Positions 42,501 through 57,253 are shown, counted from the whole stretch's first letter. The stretch: DNA of 63,531 nt, filler included, from Intoshia linei (GCA_001642005.1; 7 parts of 7 records of this genome joined end to end with filler, not necessarily neighbours in it), one strand, 5' to 3'. Notes: generated by a model from the letters alone, not told the origin. Translations and numbers: made by a program.

Positions 42501-45500
42501 TGATAATATTGTTAGACAATGGAACGTTCAAAACCATATCTGTACTGGTACATTTAACCAATTTGACGGTTTTATCTTGCTTAGCATATTTTTTGTCATA
42601 TTTCTGTTTAATTGTGGTTTTGCTTGGTACATTAATGGTAGAGTCAATAAAGAGAATATCTAACTTGGTCGAGTTACTTGAATTTTTATAAATAGTATTC
42701 ATAGAAATTTTTGATTTTTGATAAAGTAAATTAGCACTACTTAATTCTTCCGCTTCAATGTTTATAAAATTTAATAAAATGAGTGATTTAACTCGCGAAA
42801 TTATAGGCATTCGAATATCGTTCTAAAGATAAAAGTATTTAGTATAATTTATGCAAAAATACGATAATAAAATTATTTCGCAAGCAATTTAGATGAGTTA
42901 AATGTGGCATGTATTTGTGTATAGTACAAGTCATTTCGTGTATATTTTCTAGTCGATTCCATGAAATATCAAAGCTTTTCATATTATTTACATACTTCTA
43001 CAAAATATTAAGTATTATATTTTTAAATAATTTTACATTGATTCCTGTAATTGACTTAATTTTGTTGAATGCGCAATTCAAAACACGCAGATTCTAAAAA
43101 AATATAATTGTAAATAAAAACATTTCAACTGGAAAAATATGAATATCATCAATATCACTGAGTTTATTAAAAGACAAGTTTAATTCTTCCAAATGTGTAA
43201 GATTTTGAATAGATTTAAGACGATTCAAATTCGAACATCTCAAATCCACATTAGTTAAATTATGCAATTTAGAGTCTATCAAAGAATTTTTAAAAAAATG
43301 CATTTTAATGTTCCTATCCAAAAATTGAGCTTCAATATTAAATCTAAATTTGAATAATTATAATTTTTTCAAATAATTTATCTTTAAATCAGATGCAACA
43401 TTATTTCTTGAAATGTGAACAGTTATTTAATAAAGGACGGAATATTTTTCACCCACCATTTAAAGTACAAAAAATTTTTCAAATGGTTAGCCAAATTTTT
43501 TTCTACTCTATCGAAATTCTAGATGCATTACATATGTTTAATATTTATTTATTTCTAAAATTAAAATTTTTCTTAAATTTTATTTTTAATTAAAATTAAT
43601 GAGAAGAGTTGAAAAATTTTCAAAATTGGCGGGCCCCAGTTTGATGGTCATTGTAATTATTGTTTTATTGAATGATGGCATTATGATTCAAGGTAATTTA
43701 TTATTTATTAATATTATTTTGAGATTGAATAAAATTACATTTTCAACATTATGTTTAATCTATGATATATGTTATTCTTTGTATCTACGACCTTATCTAA
43801 TGAAATGTTTTCGTTTATAGGAACGTCTAAATTATAATTAGATAAATTTAAAATCATGGCAACCTTCAGAATTATTTGTTTCTTGGATAAATTCTTTTAA
43901 TGGTATATTATTGTAATTTTCAGAATCAAAATAATTTCTTCGATATTCCTGTAAAAGAGTTAATTTTAGTATTATAATATTTTGTAATTTATATAAGAGT
44001 TAAAAATTAGGTTTGACTCTGAGAGCAAATTTAATTGATTAAATTAATAAAATAAGCAGTTTTTTATTTTAATAAATTGCAAGATGATATACTACAAGAT
44101 GTATAGTATACTTAGTAATAATAATAATAATAATTATTATTACTTGTGTTAACTAATTATGACGCGAACCGCATAATTGCACTCTGAATTAGACTAATAA
44201 TTTAATATAAAATAATATACTACATATACATTAGGGTGTTTCAAAATTTGGAAAATTTTGTCATTGGTAACAACTTTAGGTCACAAGTTGTGAAGTTTTG
44301 ATCATGAACACATAATCAAAAAAATTTTTTTTACAACGAAGTGTCGCACGTAATTTTAATTTGCTATATAAAACCCACCTGATTTTCTTTTACTTTTTAA
44401 TTTCCTTAATTAAAATGCAATAAAACATTAATTATTGTAATTTTTTGCTCATTGGTATTAAGTATAACTGATACTACTTGTATCCATGGTATTTTAATAT
44501 AAAGTCATATTGATAAAATATATTAAAGTGATATATATTAATGGTATACACATTATAATTTTTTATATATTTTTCTTAATTTATTAATTCATGATTACAA
44601 TTTCAACATTAGTTAATACACTTGTACCATTATTATTATTTTTTATTTCTTTTCATTAATTAAAACTTTTATTTTAATAATGGTTTGATAAAAAAACTTT
44701 TGTTATGCCTACATAATAATTTTTTTCACATTTTGCCCACCAAGTAAATTGAGTCTGACACCCCTGGTCGAATGCAATGCATTGCAATGCCATTATATGA
44801 TTAAACTTTATAAATCAAAACAAAATTGTTAAATACAGTATATCTGATCATTTTATCCAGACTATGATAGTATAAAAAACATACTTTACAACTAATACAA
44901 TAATATTTCAGGCGTGCATTAAAAATATTATAGTATTATTAATTTTATCCATAATATTTATTCATCATGTACAAATTATACATTTATATTAATATTAACA
45001 TTAAATACTTAAATACATTATAATCTTATTATACAATACAAATATACTTACAATAAATATTTTTAACATTATCTTACATTTATTTTATAAATTATCATAA
45101 TAATGATAATAATAATTTATTATCAATATTTTGTATTATAGTTAAAAAAATTCGTTACATAAATATAATCAAATTCAATAAGATATTCTGGTATTATGAA
45201 ATATTTTTCTCGAAGATACCATATATTGTGTTCATGTGGAGCAATTAAATTATCTTGATTTTCGGTGTCTATTTAGAAATATATAAATGTAATAAACTAG
45301 AAAATTAAAAAAAACAAAAAATAATAGCAAAGAAAAAATTGAAAAGTGATTTCATAGATAGATTGATAGTTCATAAACGTGAAAAAATAAAGATTTTAAT
45401 TATTAATTAAATGTAAATCAGAGAATAATATTACTATTATAATAATTCAGTTGCACAAAAATATTTGTCAAAAATACTATAAAAAGTTAAATATAGATAA

Positions 45501-48500
45501 TTTATAATGAAATTTGACAATAAGATGGAATATTAATCTGTCCTACTTACAAATATAGAACTTATCACTCTAAAAAATATAATTGTAACGTAATTTATAT
45601 GATGTTAAAATAAACCATCTCCACTAGATTTCACTATCTTAATGTATTACATACATCGAAATTAAATTAAAATTGTAATAAAAATACCTTTTAGTTGGCA
45701 GTTTTTTTTGTATAATAGAGTATTAAAACTTTTGTACTGGCAAAAATTTGTTTTTCTAAATAAACGAGTAAGTATTTAAATGTTCATTAGTAACTTTAAT
45801 GTAAGAGTGATATAATTGAAACGAACAGATTAATTACATTTAAAATTATCCAAAATATTAAATATTGCACACATGTGATGTAAAAAAATCCTTTTTTAAT
45901 TAATTTCATATTATTTAAAATATAGAACACTTTATGTAGGGTGTCATGATCATATTGTCATCAGATCACTTTTTTAGAATACATAGCAAAACTATACTAA
46001 TGTGAATTAATTTCACTTCTAAACAGTTACCATTAAAAATATCAATTATAACATTTCAGTGAAAACCGAAACTAACACACCCCTCCTCTGGGGCCTCGAC
46101 GAAATTATTGTAACCTGGTCTCATTTTTCCAAATTGATAATTAAAAATTTTTTATATTTTTCAATATCTAACTGTTTTGTAAGTGAATAAGCGAATAGTT
46201 ATAGATAATAACCTATAGTGTAGGGGTCGGAACCAATGGCCCACAGAATAATTTTTGGCCCTTTGAGTCAATATGTAAATTATTTATTTTTAAATTTTTC
46301 AACTTTTAAACACTGTTTAACAATTTTCTACTACAATTGGCGCATTTCAATACTGCTAGATATATTCTGTTATATATGTATCACAGTTAATATTATATAT
46401 ACATACGATTATACTCTTATATATAATTTTCAAACGCCCTGGATTTAATTTTGTTGATTATACTAGAACCGTTTCTCTTTAATTAAAATTGAAATTTATC
46501 ATGTGTAAATTTTTAAAAACGGGGCCCGTAGAATTTTTTTATATAAAAAAGTGGCCCACGACATGCAAAGGTTTCCGACCCCTGTTATAGTGCTTAAATG
46601 TTGCGATAAATGCCATTCGTTATGAGTAACAATATTCTAAAATACAAAGACGAATAGTAAAGTACTTGTTATTAATTTCAATGGTGTTTCCAATGTATAC
46701 TTTGGCCAAAATCACAAATCCTAAAATAAAATAAAATTTTTAAATTAAATATATGTATTTATTCAGAGTTATAAAAATAATTAATTAGTAAATATTATTT
46801 TTTTTAGTTAATTCTAATGATAAATAAAAAAATATTTTTTAAAATAAGTATGCAATGGTAGTAAATCGTCGAATAAAAAACTTTTATTATGCAATTAATA
46901 TAATAACCATTTACCATTGTTAAAACTAGATTCGTCTTCATTATTAGTTGCATTATTTGTTTTCAACCTTGATTTATCACAGATATAAATGCTATTAGTT
47001 ACTTTCACTACATTCTCGTGGTTCTACATTGACAATTATCGTATAAAATACAGCAAAATAGACATTTATCATAAACTTTCATAAAATTTTAATTATTAAA
47101 TGGTGAAACAAAAACCAAAAATCAGGAATTGGCAGGCAGCAACTAGCAGGGGTCGTTATACAAATTTCTAAGATTTCATTCTTAATTTTAGTTTGAATTA
47201 ATTGGAACAATTGTAATTGTAAAACGCAATTTTAACAAACAATGCGTAGGTTTTATATAAAATAATTATATATGTAATTTGTATTAAAATTTTAAAATAT
47301 TACATTTTGTGCTCCATTTACGAGGATTGATTTAATTTTGTTTAAATAATTTCCACCATTATTTACGATAATATAAGCATAAATGAATGAATTTTCGATG
47401 TCAAAACTTTTTGCATTAAATCCAAATTTTAATTTTTCACTAGGTCTTGATAACAACACTCGCTTTAAATTGAAACAATTATAAGAGTTATTATTGATAA
47501 TTTTTAATATCTTTTTTATTTTTAAACTGGTAATTCCTAGTTTTTTGTATTTTAGCGCACAAAAAGATTCTTCTACTAAGGTACTGCAAGCAACATAACT
47601 AAAAATAAAATGAATGTCTTTACTATAAAAATTTAAAGTACCACATCAAACCATGCAGTTTTAATTAATCGATGAATTTATAAAGATAAGTATGTTATTG
47701 TTTGTTTGGACTCACATGTAATTATTGTAGTTTTTAGATAAGTATAAATGTAGAAACGTTTAAAAAATATGTGCAAACCCAAACAGAAGTTTATTTAACC
47801 AACTTTGAAAATGTTCATTCCCTTATGAGTGATTGAATCAGTTTTTAAATGTAGTATAGCAATATTGAACTAAACGATTATAATCGTTTTTTAATAATTA
47901 ATATTTAATAATTATTAAACAAATTTTTGAAATGACGAGTAACTTATAATTAACGGTTATATGTCGAAATATACCGATATTTAATCCGATATTTAAACCT
48001 CATTTTCTTCATATCCAATTATGATTTCAATTACCTCTCATCCAAAACAGAAATATTTTCTAAAATTATTGACCCAAAATTTTGCAATTCGATATTTGAC
48101 AATTGATTATAAAATTTTAAGGAATTTTTCATTCTATTCGTGTGATTCATGTATTCATCTTCCATTCTTAAAAAATATAACAAACAGATAATAATATATA
48201 CCTATCTATAGCTTTGATTAGTTTTTTAACAGAACATACACTATCTTGTGTAGATTCAGATTCATTCTATCAATATAAAATTATTTTATTAATTTTTGTA
48301 AATAAATATAAACAATGAGTATTTATAATAATTTAAAAAGATTTTAATATCGTTAGTAAGTGGTGTTAGATATACAATTTCATAATTCAATGTCTCATGG
48401 GTGTTAGTTCATATTAATGATTTTTTAATCAAAAAATTACACTGATGGATGCATATATTTGCATAATTATTTCAATTAAATTTTTAATCAATCCATTTTT

Positions 48501-50843
48501 AATTTCTTTTAATTTCAAGGTATTTTCATAATTTTCCGATTGTCTCGTTTTAATTATCATATTATAATAAATTTTTTTCTTTTCTATAATTTCCTAAATA
48601 CGCATACATTATTAATAATATGCCTTTTAATTAAAATTATATTTTTCTGAACCTTTCAAGTTCAACATTTCAGTTTCAATTTTTAAAGGATATTTTAAAT
48701 TTTTAATGAGCCGCGACCATGCTTTTTGAATTGCGGGTAGAATAAACCTGGACTTACTAATTGGAAGAAGAAAACTAAAAAATGTCACAATGCGACATTG
48801 TACATATTAAAATTGCGAAGCAAAAAAAATCAATCGTGTAATCTAGTTTGAGGTCAGTATTCAATCTATAAATCATTTTTTGATGTTTCATTAATCTTTC
48901 TGGTGAATCATTTATTTGTTTAAATTGTATCACAATGCATTGTATATACTGTACTTGAATATACAATGATTTATATATACGAATTTAATTACCTGTGCTT
49001 CTTTAAACAAAATTTGAAAATCTATTCGTTTACCATCTACCAAGGACAGTTTTGGTACAAACGTAGATAGTAATAAATAGTAATTTGGCAATAAAGATAT
49101 TGGATTATTCATTATTGAATAACTTCTATAAAATATCAAATGCTTGATTAATTTAAGATGAGTCAGCACTTTGAATTGCTAAATTATGAAAATTAACACG
49201 TTTTATAATTACAATATTTTTATATGATAATGATTATCATGTACTACATTACAATAATTATTAAATATTATAGTGATATTGTAAAAAAATAATGTTACAT
49301 TTAAAGATTTAATATAATTGCATGAAATGTCCAAAAATTTCAAATTAGTCAATTCTTTCAAAATTTCTAAAAAATTAATAAATATAAATTAATTTTTTTT
49401 CAAAGTTTTAAAAAGCACAAAAAGTATACGTCGCAAAAAAGCAGATTTGATTTAAAAATTAATTGTTTTGATCACATTTTCAACTTAATGTATTTTATTC
49501 GAGAAACTAAATCTACTTGTATTGTTATAATATGATGATCAGATGATAGCTATTGAGTTACACTTTAATATTTTTAAATTATTTTACATTGTATCGAAAA
49601 AACCAATTAAATGTGGGCTTTTCAAAACAAAAAAATAACATACATCATCAGAAAGCTACGGCGAAATAACATAAAATTACCAAATAATTTTTAAAAAATT
49701 TATTTTAATGAATTGATATTAAAATTTATATAAATGACATTTCCATATAACAGTTATTTTTTACTAAAATATTCATTTTTCAGGTATAAATAAATATAGT
49801 TTAACGATCTGAAACTATATATCAATAAGATCCCAGTGGCGAGTAGATTACTAATACATCAATCTGATACTTTTGTATTGAAAACATTTTTATTTTTTCG
49901 CATCTTGTTATCGTTTAATTATACTATTATTGTCTTATTAACATCAATAATATTGTCATATATATATTTTACAATTTAGTGAGAAAAATTCTTCATTTTC
50001 ATTGGTGCACTCACCCTTCGGGTTCATGCATTCTGCCAAACTCGTAATGTAAAGTGAAAATTATCCACTAAACATGTATATAGCTAATATGTAAATATTT
50101 AAACATGAAATAAAAAAACGGTGATTTAAAGCTTCATTTGCGTATGTTGTATTTAAACGTATAATGTTGAGATATCGTATTATCAAAATAGCTATATTAG
50201 TTGAAATATTTCAACTAGCGGAACACATGTAATATATTACTATTTTTACCTATATTTTCAATATTATTATCAGCTAAATTTAAATCTACCAAATTTTTCA
50301 TTTCCTGAAGGCCCTAATTATAAAATATTAAATAAATACTGCATGATCAATATCAGTACAAAACTTACTTTTAAACAAAATATTTTGTTTTTATTGATCC
50401 AAAAAACTTTTAAGCTTTTGAGATTGGAGCAATTTTCAATTGAACGTATTTTATTTGAATACAGATACAATTTTCTTAATTTTATCATATATTTAACATT
50501 TTGTATTTTCTAATTGAATTTATAATAAATAATAATATAGATATACTGTCAATTTGCAATCTATGAGCCAAAGTTCCTCTAGAACCAAAAAATTTGAAAA
50601 TGATTTCGGTATTTGATACATGGCTTGATTGAATATGGAAAGTTTAACAATATTTTTAAATTTTTTTATAACACTGAATGCAGTTAACTTTGTCAAAAAT
50701 ATTTCAATCTCTATTATAGAAGAATACACATTTTTTGACAATTTATCAAAATTTTCTGAACTCGTCTAAATAAAAATTATACATTTCACAATGAAATATT
50801 TTACTTTTTCTTCGTCGTAAAAATCTGCGTCCGTCAACGACAT
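39590..50843 (-). CDS. LRRC9: Leucine-rich repeat protein 9 (ciliary), many small exons; 3' boundary approximate
   Basis: LEELWLIDC/KIQNV..LRKLYLYSNKI..IEN, GLQEMKNL.DLNLADN, NPISLLPNY, PEYLIEFDY, YRFFVLFH..LDG, FGGRLS.DMV and LEVLHL occur in the order expected for LRRC9. Confidence 0.85.
40347..40662. mobile_element. hAT MITE in an LRRC9 intron
   Basis: CAGAGATCGGCAAC...GTTGCAGCCCCTG; degenerate 8-bp TSD ATATGTAA/ATGTATAA. Confidence 0.65.
46221..46584. mobile_element. Buster-type hAT MITE in an LRRC9 intron
   Basis: TAGGGGTCGGAA...TTCCGACCCCTG; TSD CTATAGTG/TTATAGTG. Confidence 0.85.
49960..50082. repeat. Structured palindromic element with a C(TTCG)G hairpin; Crypton-like terminus
   Basis: TGCA-CTC-ACCC-TTCG-GGT-TCA-TGCA lies inside an imperfect inverted repeat TTTAGTG..TTTTCA / TGAAAA..CACTAAA. 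Confidence 0.4.
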
Positions 50844-52297
50844 TACATCTATAACTCAGAATTTAGTTTGTTTATTGGATCCAACCAACTATGTTAATGT
50901 TAATGTATTTATTTTAATAAACTGTTTATTTTACAAATTTTACAATTTCCATTCTTCAAGAGCATTTAAAACAGTATCGCATTTGTTTATTAAAATTTTT
51001 CCTGCTTCAATCATAATATTTGATGGTTTTAGAGCACCAGTTGATTCAATAAAAACTAAATATTCATTTTTTAATATATTTATAAATTCACATTACACAA
51101 AAAATAGTTGTCATATTTGGAGATGACAACGTCGTTTTTAAATTTAGATCTAAATACTTCGCGATTGTTGGTGTGGTTTTCCGTGTTTCCCACAACAGAT
51201 TTCAAATTTCCTTCTAAATATGAACAATTCATTTGAATGGCTTTGCATGCTTTTAGGTTTTATACAATTAAATTCTATGTTTTTTTCCATTAAGAACTTT
51301 TCCGGGGAAAGTAAAATAAATTTCAATCTCAAGAATAAAAGTCAATCTCAGAATCTCACACCTTACAGGTCAAAAACACCAAATATCCTTTTTCTAAATC
51401 AAAGAGACCTAAAGTTTAAAAAATATACACTCACATACAGATTTTAAAATTATGAATATACCCAAAATGTAAATTTTAAAAGAGCTTATCCGGGAAATTT
51501 TTTTGTACTAAATTTTAAAGAGGTTTCAGTTTTTGAATTTGAATTTTGTTTGTTCCATTTTATTTACAAAAGTAACGTGTGTAGAGTTTTAAAAACATCA
51601 ATTTATAATACAGGTTTTCAGGGTAAAAAACCCCAATTATCCCTTATTTTTTTTTAAATAAAATAAGATCTAGAATTATTTAATCTACATCCTGATACAG
51701 ATTTTGCGTTTATTAATACATTAATAATACATCTTTTTCCAGTTAAAACATATAAAAAGTTTCAATGATACGTTAAACTTTTATGGACAAAAAAGCAATT
51801 TATCTTTTACTTTTTTTTTAATTATTTCATTAAATAATAAATTTGATATACATTGCAATTAATGTGTAACTAATAATAGCCGTAGATTTTAAAATAAAAA
51901 AAATGTCTTCACACGAATGGGAACCATTCCTTTAAAAGATAAGCAGAGCTAGGTGACGGAATTGGATTGAAAATCACATAAATGTACCTGTTAGAGATGT
52001 AACATTTTTAATGTAAAATTATTAATGTAACATAATATATACTGATATATAGTTGTAAGAAAGAAATGAAAGTAACACTTGAGTTAAAATTCTACATGGG
52101 CCTCACGTTTTGACACATGACACGATATCGTCACTTAAAAATTTATTATCCCATAATTTTTTGACAAAAAAAATAAATATACCAATTTTGTTATGTATAA
52201 TATAAAAAAATACCATTTGTATCAAACTCCAATTTGATTACTCCGGGGGCAAAAATTTTTTGAAATTCCTAAATATATATAATTACTATACCATTTA

Positions 52298-53097
52298 CAA
52301 TCCAATTTCACTAAACTGAAATCTGATTTCGCAAAACTGAAATTCATTTTCGCAACTTTAAAAACTTAAAATTTAATTATAAATAAATGTTTATTGTGTA
52401 TTATACAAAATAAGTATATTATGATGTTATAAAATTATTCATGAAAATCTTCACCGCGACTTACGGCACCGTAGTATCGCTCCACATGATTGGAGAAGTG
52501 AAGTAATTTTAGTGAGATAAGGACATATATTGCTTCATTAGCAATTCTTTCAAGAATTCGCATGCGATATTCACAAATTGATATACCATTTATTCTTCTA
52601 TATGCGATCATATGAGGCATTTCATCCCTAATATAATAAGTATTTCAATAAGTAATAAGTACCTAAGCTTAATTTTCACCTCGTTTTTGAAACAACTCCA
52701 TGAAAGCTCGAGGGGATTTAGCAAATATGAATAGGGGGCTAAGCGTATAATTTCAGCATCTTCACCAATTCTTATGACAGATTCAAGTTTGCTGTGAACA
52801 GGAGCATTTTCTATGACAAACGTAAGTGAGATTACGCCCATTTCGGTACATTGATCAATCAAACTTCTTAACCAGTCATTGCAATCATCACCTTTAAATG
52901 AGCCGCGGTGAGTCTTGAAGTTGAATATTCTACTTGCAGACATCTCAGCAATGCAGTGGATATTTGAACCTTTCAAACTTACCGTAATAACCGTCGACCT
53001 GCATCCAACTTTAGACCTGCACTCTTTTCGTCTACAAAACAATTTGAAGTTAGATTCGTCAATCCAGATTATAGTTCTACCATTAGACCTCGCAAAT
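52298..53097 (-). mobile_element. IS630/Tc1-like transposase relic
   Basis: WIDESNF, NIHCI, FVIENAPVHS (catalytic D replaced by E) and LAPYSYLLNPLE.SWS.FK; cut by a gap. Confidence 0.85.
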
Positions 53098-53197
53098 NNN
53101 NNNNNNNNNNNNNNNNNNNNNNNNNNNNNNNNNNNNNNNNNTTAATTAATTAANNNNNNNNNNNNNNNNNNNNNNNNNNNNNNNNNNNNNNNNNNNN

Positions 53198-53646
53198 AAA
53201 AAAATATATGAATACTAAAATGCTTTTTTGACCGTGAAGTCTTCACTTATTTGGATTGAAATTTTTTTTGTGTGTTAACAGGATACAAATGTACCACCTG
53301 TAAAATTTGTTAAATTCTAGGGCTGTTTTCATTAAAAAAAAAAGGGTAATTTGGGGTTTTGGCTCTGAAGATATATTTTTTTAAATTTAAATTTATGATT
53401 TTAAAATCCGTATCAGATTATATATTTTTAAATTCTCGAACTTGTTTGATTTTCAAAAAAAAGGAGAATTAAGGTTTTTAACCCGTAAGATGTGAGTTTG
53501 GGAAGTTGAAATTTATTTTGCTAACAGCCCAGAAAAAAACTGTATTTGAAATATGGACTTTATAAAATTCTAAGACTGGTAGTTATTGAAATAAACGGTA
53601 ACACACAGACAAAGAAATACTGCAAAGCATATTATATAAGTAAGGA
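53198..53646 (-). mobile_element. Helitron family, 5' part
   Basis: Minus strand begins A^TCCTTACTTATATAATATGC; internal motifs shared with the other copies. Confidence 0.8.
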
Positions 53647-53727
53647 TAAATATTGGATATTTTTTTAAATCAAGAACATAATCATAAATTAAAATTTCCA
53701 AAAGTTGAAATCAATTAAAAAGTTTTG

Positions 53728-53777
53728 TCTCGGCAAAGCTAACAGCTGTTTGTTACAAGTATATACAGTCAAGCTAG
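53728..53777 (+). mobile_element. Helitron 3' end
   Basis: CTCGGCAAAGCTAACAGCTGTTTG...CAGTCAAGCTAG^T. Confidence 0.7.
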
Positions 53778-55099
53778 TATTACACAAAATGAACATTAAA
53801 TTAATTTAAAGTTTTCATAATTCCAATGACAATCAACAATTATCCTTAAAGTTTTTTTAAATATATCTTGAAAATTGATAAAATATAAACACAAACTTAC
53901 TCTTGACCATACTTGCCCTGTTCCAATAAGACTGTGTTTGGTTCAACATGCAAATGACTACAATTGTTTATAACATCCAACAAGATTCCTAAATATAAAA
54001 AGTTGAAATTAAAATATAGTATAACTATTGTCCATCTTTTTTAAAATGTCACATGTATTTGAAAAAAATTTCAACAACATGTTAATTTCATGTTTTGTTC
54101 GATTTACTTGACCATTATGTAAAATTTTGAGTATTTCATTTACCAAATAAGTTTGATTAATCATTTAAACATTAAAACGCAACTTGATTAAAACTAAAAT
54201 TTTTTAATAAATTAAAGTAAATCATGATTTGACACAAATTCATAACCTCCAAAAACGTATAACGGTTCATTAAGTAGCATTAATGATTCAATGATTTATT
54301 GTAACAAATGTTTTTAATTATATATTGCACAACTATTACAATAACATGTATAAAAGCATTCAAAATTCTAAATTGAGGTGATGTATTATTAATTTTAGTT
54401 CATTAGTATCGTTCATTTACTTTAATCAAAATTTGTTCTATGAGTTGCGTTAATTTTCATTTTATGTACATTAATTTAAATTAATGTAGCCAATTTTATT
54501 AATTACGTTAATACATTTTACAATGTTCAGATACACTATATACTTAAACGAATTGGTTATTCACCTTTTTACATTAAATGAATGTGAATACAAATTAAAA
54601 ATGACACATTAATTTTTATGTATTGTACAATACACTTATATTTGTTAATTTTTTAGTATACACATTGTAATAATATTAAAAGATGGCAGAAAGTTTTGAA
54701 CAAGGTTTCTAAACATTTTTTTGCTATGGAACATATTTAATTCTAAAAATTTGTGTAAACGACCATAGAACAACGTTACTAAAATGCCGGTTAACCGAAG
54801 GAATGATATATTAACGAATTTAGTTACAGTCATTTCAATAGATATTTATTTATATTTAACAAAAGCAAATTGAGTATATAAAAAACATAAAACTAAATGT
54901 ATATTGATATAAAATATTGTTTGTCAATGCCTTATTTAAAGTGGCAAGAAAAAATACGGGGTCTTGTTCAGTCTAAGCCTGTAAACTAAAAGTGATAGTA
55001 CATATTTTTCTGGCCACTTTACTTTATTAGTTCTTGGCGTTTCTTACATTGTAATTAACACAAAATATTGATTCAATCGCAATCTTATTGTACCTCGGT

Positions 55100-55360
55100 T
55101 ATCCAGTTAATTTCTTTTCTTTGTACAAATGCCATTAATTACAGAAAATGTCGCTTCAACCACATTGGTGGAAATATCATTAAAGATTTGACAATTAAAA
55201 CCAAACAGATATTCCTTCTTAATTTTGTCATTCACAACATATCTTGCAAACACATCAATAAATTCGTCAAATTGTAAACTAAATTTTACTTAATAAATAC
55301 TTTTTCGAAGTTCATCCACAACTTGAAGTTCGATAACTTCTGCTAAATTTTTAATCCTAT
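55100..55360 (-). mobile_element. Buster hAT transposase relic
   Basis: RIKNLAEVIELQVVDELRK..FSLQFDE..FARYV..KIKKEYLF. Confidence 0.7.
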
Positions 55361-55416
55361 TACAAAGGAATTAATTTAAGTGAAAATAACTTAATGTTGG
55401 TAACCCTATTCACGAA

Positions 55417-56003
55417 TAGGATGGGTACAGATAAAAATAATACTAATGCCGGTTATGTTATTTCAAAATTGATTGCTCAACGTATGAAACCGGTATCTGA
55501 TAAAGAGTTTATTAAAGTTCCCAAGTTGCAGTTTTTGTCAGAGGCGTAAATTACAAATTTGAAATTGTTGAAGAATTTTTTGAATTGATAACTATGAAAG
55601 GGAATTGCACTGGATGAGACATTTTTGATGCACTAATGAATATGATCTCAAAAGCAAATCTTAACATACGTAAATTTGTTGGGCTTACTACGGACGGTGC
55701 CATATCTATGATAGGCTCAAAAAAAGGAATTGTAAATTTAATGCAAGGACATTTAAAAAATTAAGACATTTCAATTTCTTTAAAAAACTATCATTGTATA
55801 ATTCATCAAGAAGAATTATGTGGAAAATCGATGAAACTTAACAATATAATGACATTTGTCATAAAAACTGTAAATTTTATTTTGTATAATAAAAATTTAA
55901 AATAAATATATTCATCAAAAATTCTTAAAATTTATTTGTCCGGCCCACCCCTCTATTTTATATAAAAATCCGGCCGGCTATCACAGAAATTTGCCCATCC
56001 CTG
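55417..56003 (+). mobile_element. GTF2IRD2/SPIN-like hAT deletion derivative
   Basis: EEF..L..MKG..TG*DIF, GLTTDGA.SMIG...G and [10 protein letters not shown]; right end TTTGCCCATCCCTG. Confidence 0.85.
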
Positions 56004-56105
56004 TTTTAAACTTTATAAAATAATTATGGTTTCAAGGATAGTTTTTTTAAATGGATATTTATACTTTATACGTTAAACTTTAAAAACGCCATCCCATACA
56101 TCTAG

Positions 56106-56490
56106 CAGATATTGGAATTAATTGATTGCAATCAATTTAATTGCAATAAATTGGTAAAAATTATTGAAAAATAATCAATTAATTGCTATATGAAAAATAA
56201 AAAATTTCAATTAATTGAAGATAAATAACAACATCATAATTATTTTTAAAAAACTGTCATGTGATTATAATAAATACTAGGATACTGTTTGTTCGAAGTA
56301 CATAAAAGTCAAGCTAGTAGGTTAAATGCATCATTTTTCTGTTCATTCATTAATTTTTTCATTCAACCATTCGTCAATAAAAGGATTCCATTTATACGAA
56401 AAAACCAATTAATTAAAAAATTAATATTTAGCAAACAATTAATTGGTTTATACAAAATAATTAATTGCAATCAATTATTTCCAATCCCTG
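56106..56490. mobile_element. MITE with about 32-bp TIRs (hAT-like)
   Basis: CAGATATTGGAATTAATTGATTGCAATCAATT vs CAGGGATTGGAAATAATTGATTGCAATTAATT; flanks CATCTAG/CATCTTAG. Confidence 0.75.
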
Positions 56491-56815
56491 CATCTTAGAG
56501 CGACATAATCATAGTATTGATTTTTTCAGCAAATTTGTGTAAGTTCCCTAATGGAAAATTTTTTCATAAGATTCGGTAAGGCTTTTAAGGGAACATTATA
56601 GCCTTGGAATAATATATTTGTATGATTATAAAATTCAAGCAGTTAGTTTAGTAATCATAATTAGTATTTTGAGAAAAAGATTGACGCACAAAGATGATAA
56701 AAACGCAAAACTCGACAGCTAAACTATATCTTAAAAGAACAGAAAATAATCATAATTGTTTAATACCTAATTCATAAAAATATAATTTTAAACGAATTAA
56801 CAAAAATTTTTTATT

Positions 56816-57253
56816 TTACTTTTCTTTTTTTTTTATCCAGTGACAAAAACTGACCCTTGTATCGCAGAGATCAATGTTTTTGAATAATTTTTCAGTGTTT
56901 TCCACAATCTGAGCTTCAGTGGTCTGTTCCAATTCTGGACTAGGGGGGAAATCTGGATTTTTCAAAAAGTAACGTTCACTAAAATTATCTTCATCCTTTG
57001 CAGTATGTTCATACACATTTGATTGAAAAACAATTTTTTGAGCTCTTTCTAATTTTTCAGTTTCCTTCTTAATGGTTATATCAATTTGCTCTTGTCTCCA
57101 TATCAGATATTTATCATACGCTACTTTATTCAATGGATGATTAGAAGGCACATTTCTTGTTCCATATATTGCTTCAATTTTTCCCATTTCATCAAGATGT
57201 TTCCACGGTTCATTTCTTTTTCTTCCTGATGGGTCATTAGAATCGTTATACAT
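56816..57253 (-). CDS. Hypothetical 145-aa hydrophilic protein
   Basis: ATG-initiated open frame with protein-like composition and higher GC than its flanks; no family recognised. Confidence 0.55.
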   Translation of the reverse strand: MYNDSNDPSGRKRNEPWKHLDEMGKIEAIYGTRNVPSNHPLNKVAYDKYLIWRQEQIDITIKKETEKLERAQKIVFQSNVYEHTAKDEDNFSERYFLKNPDFPPSPELEQTTEAQIVENTEKLFKNIDLCDTRVSFCHWIKKKEK

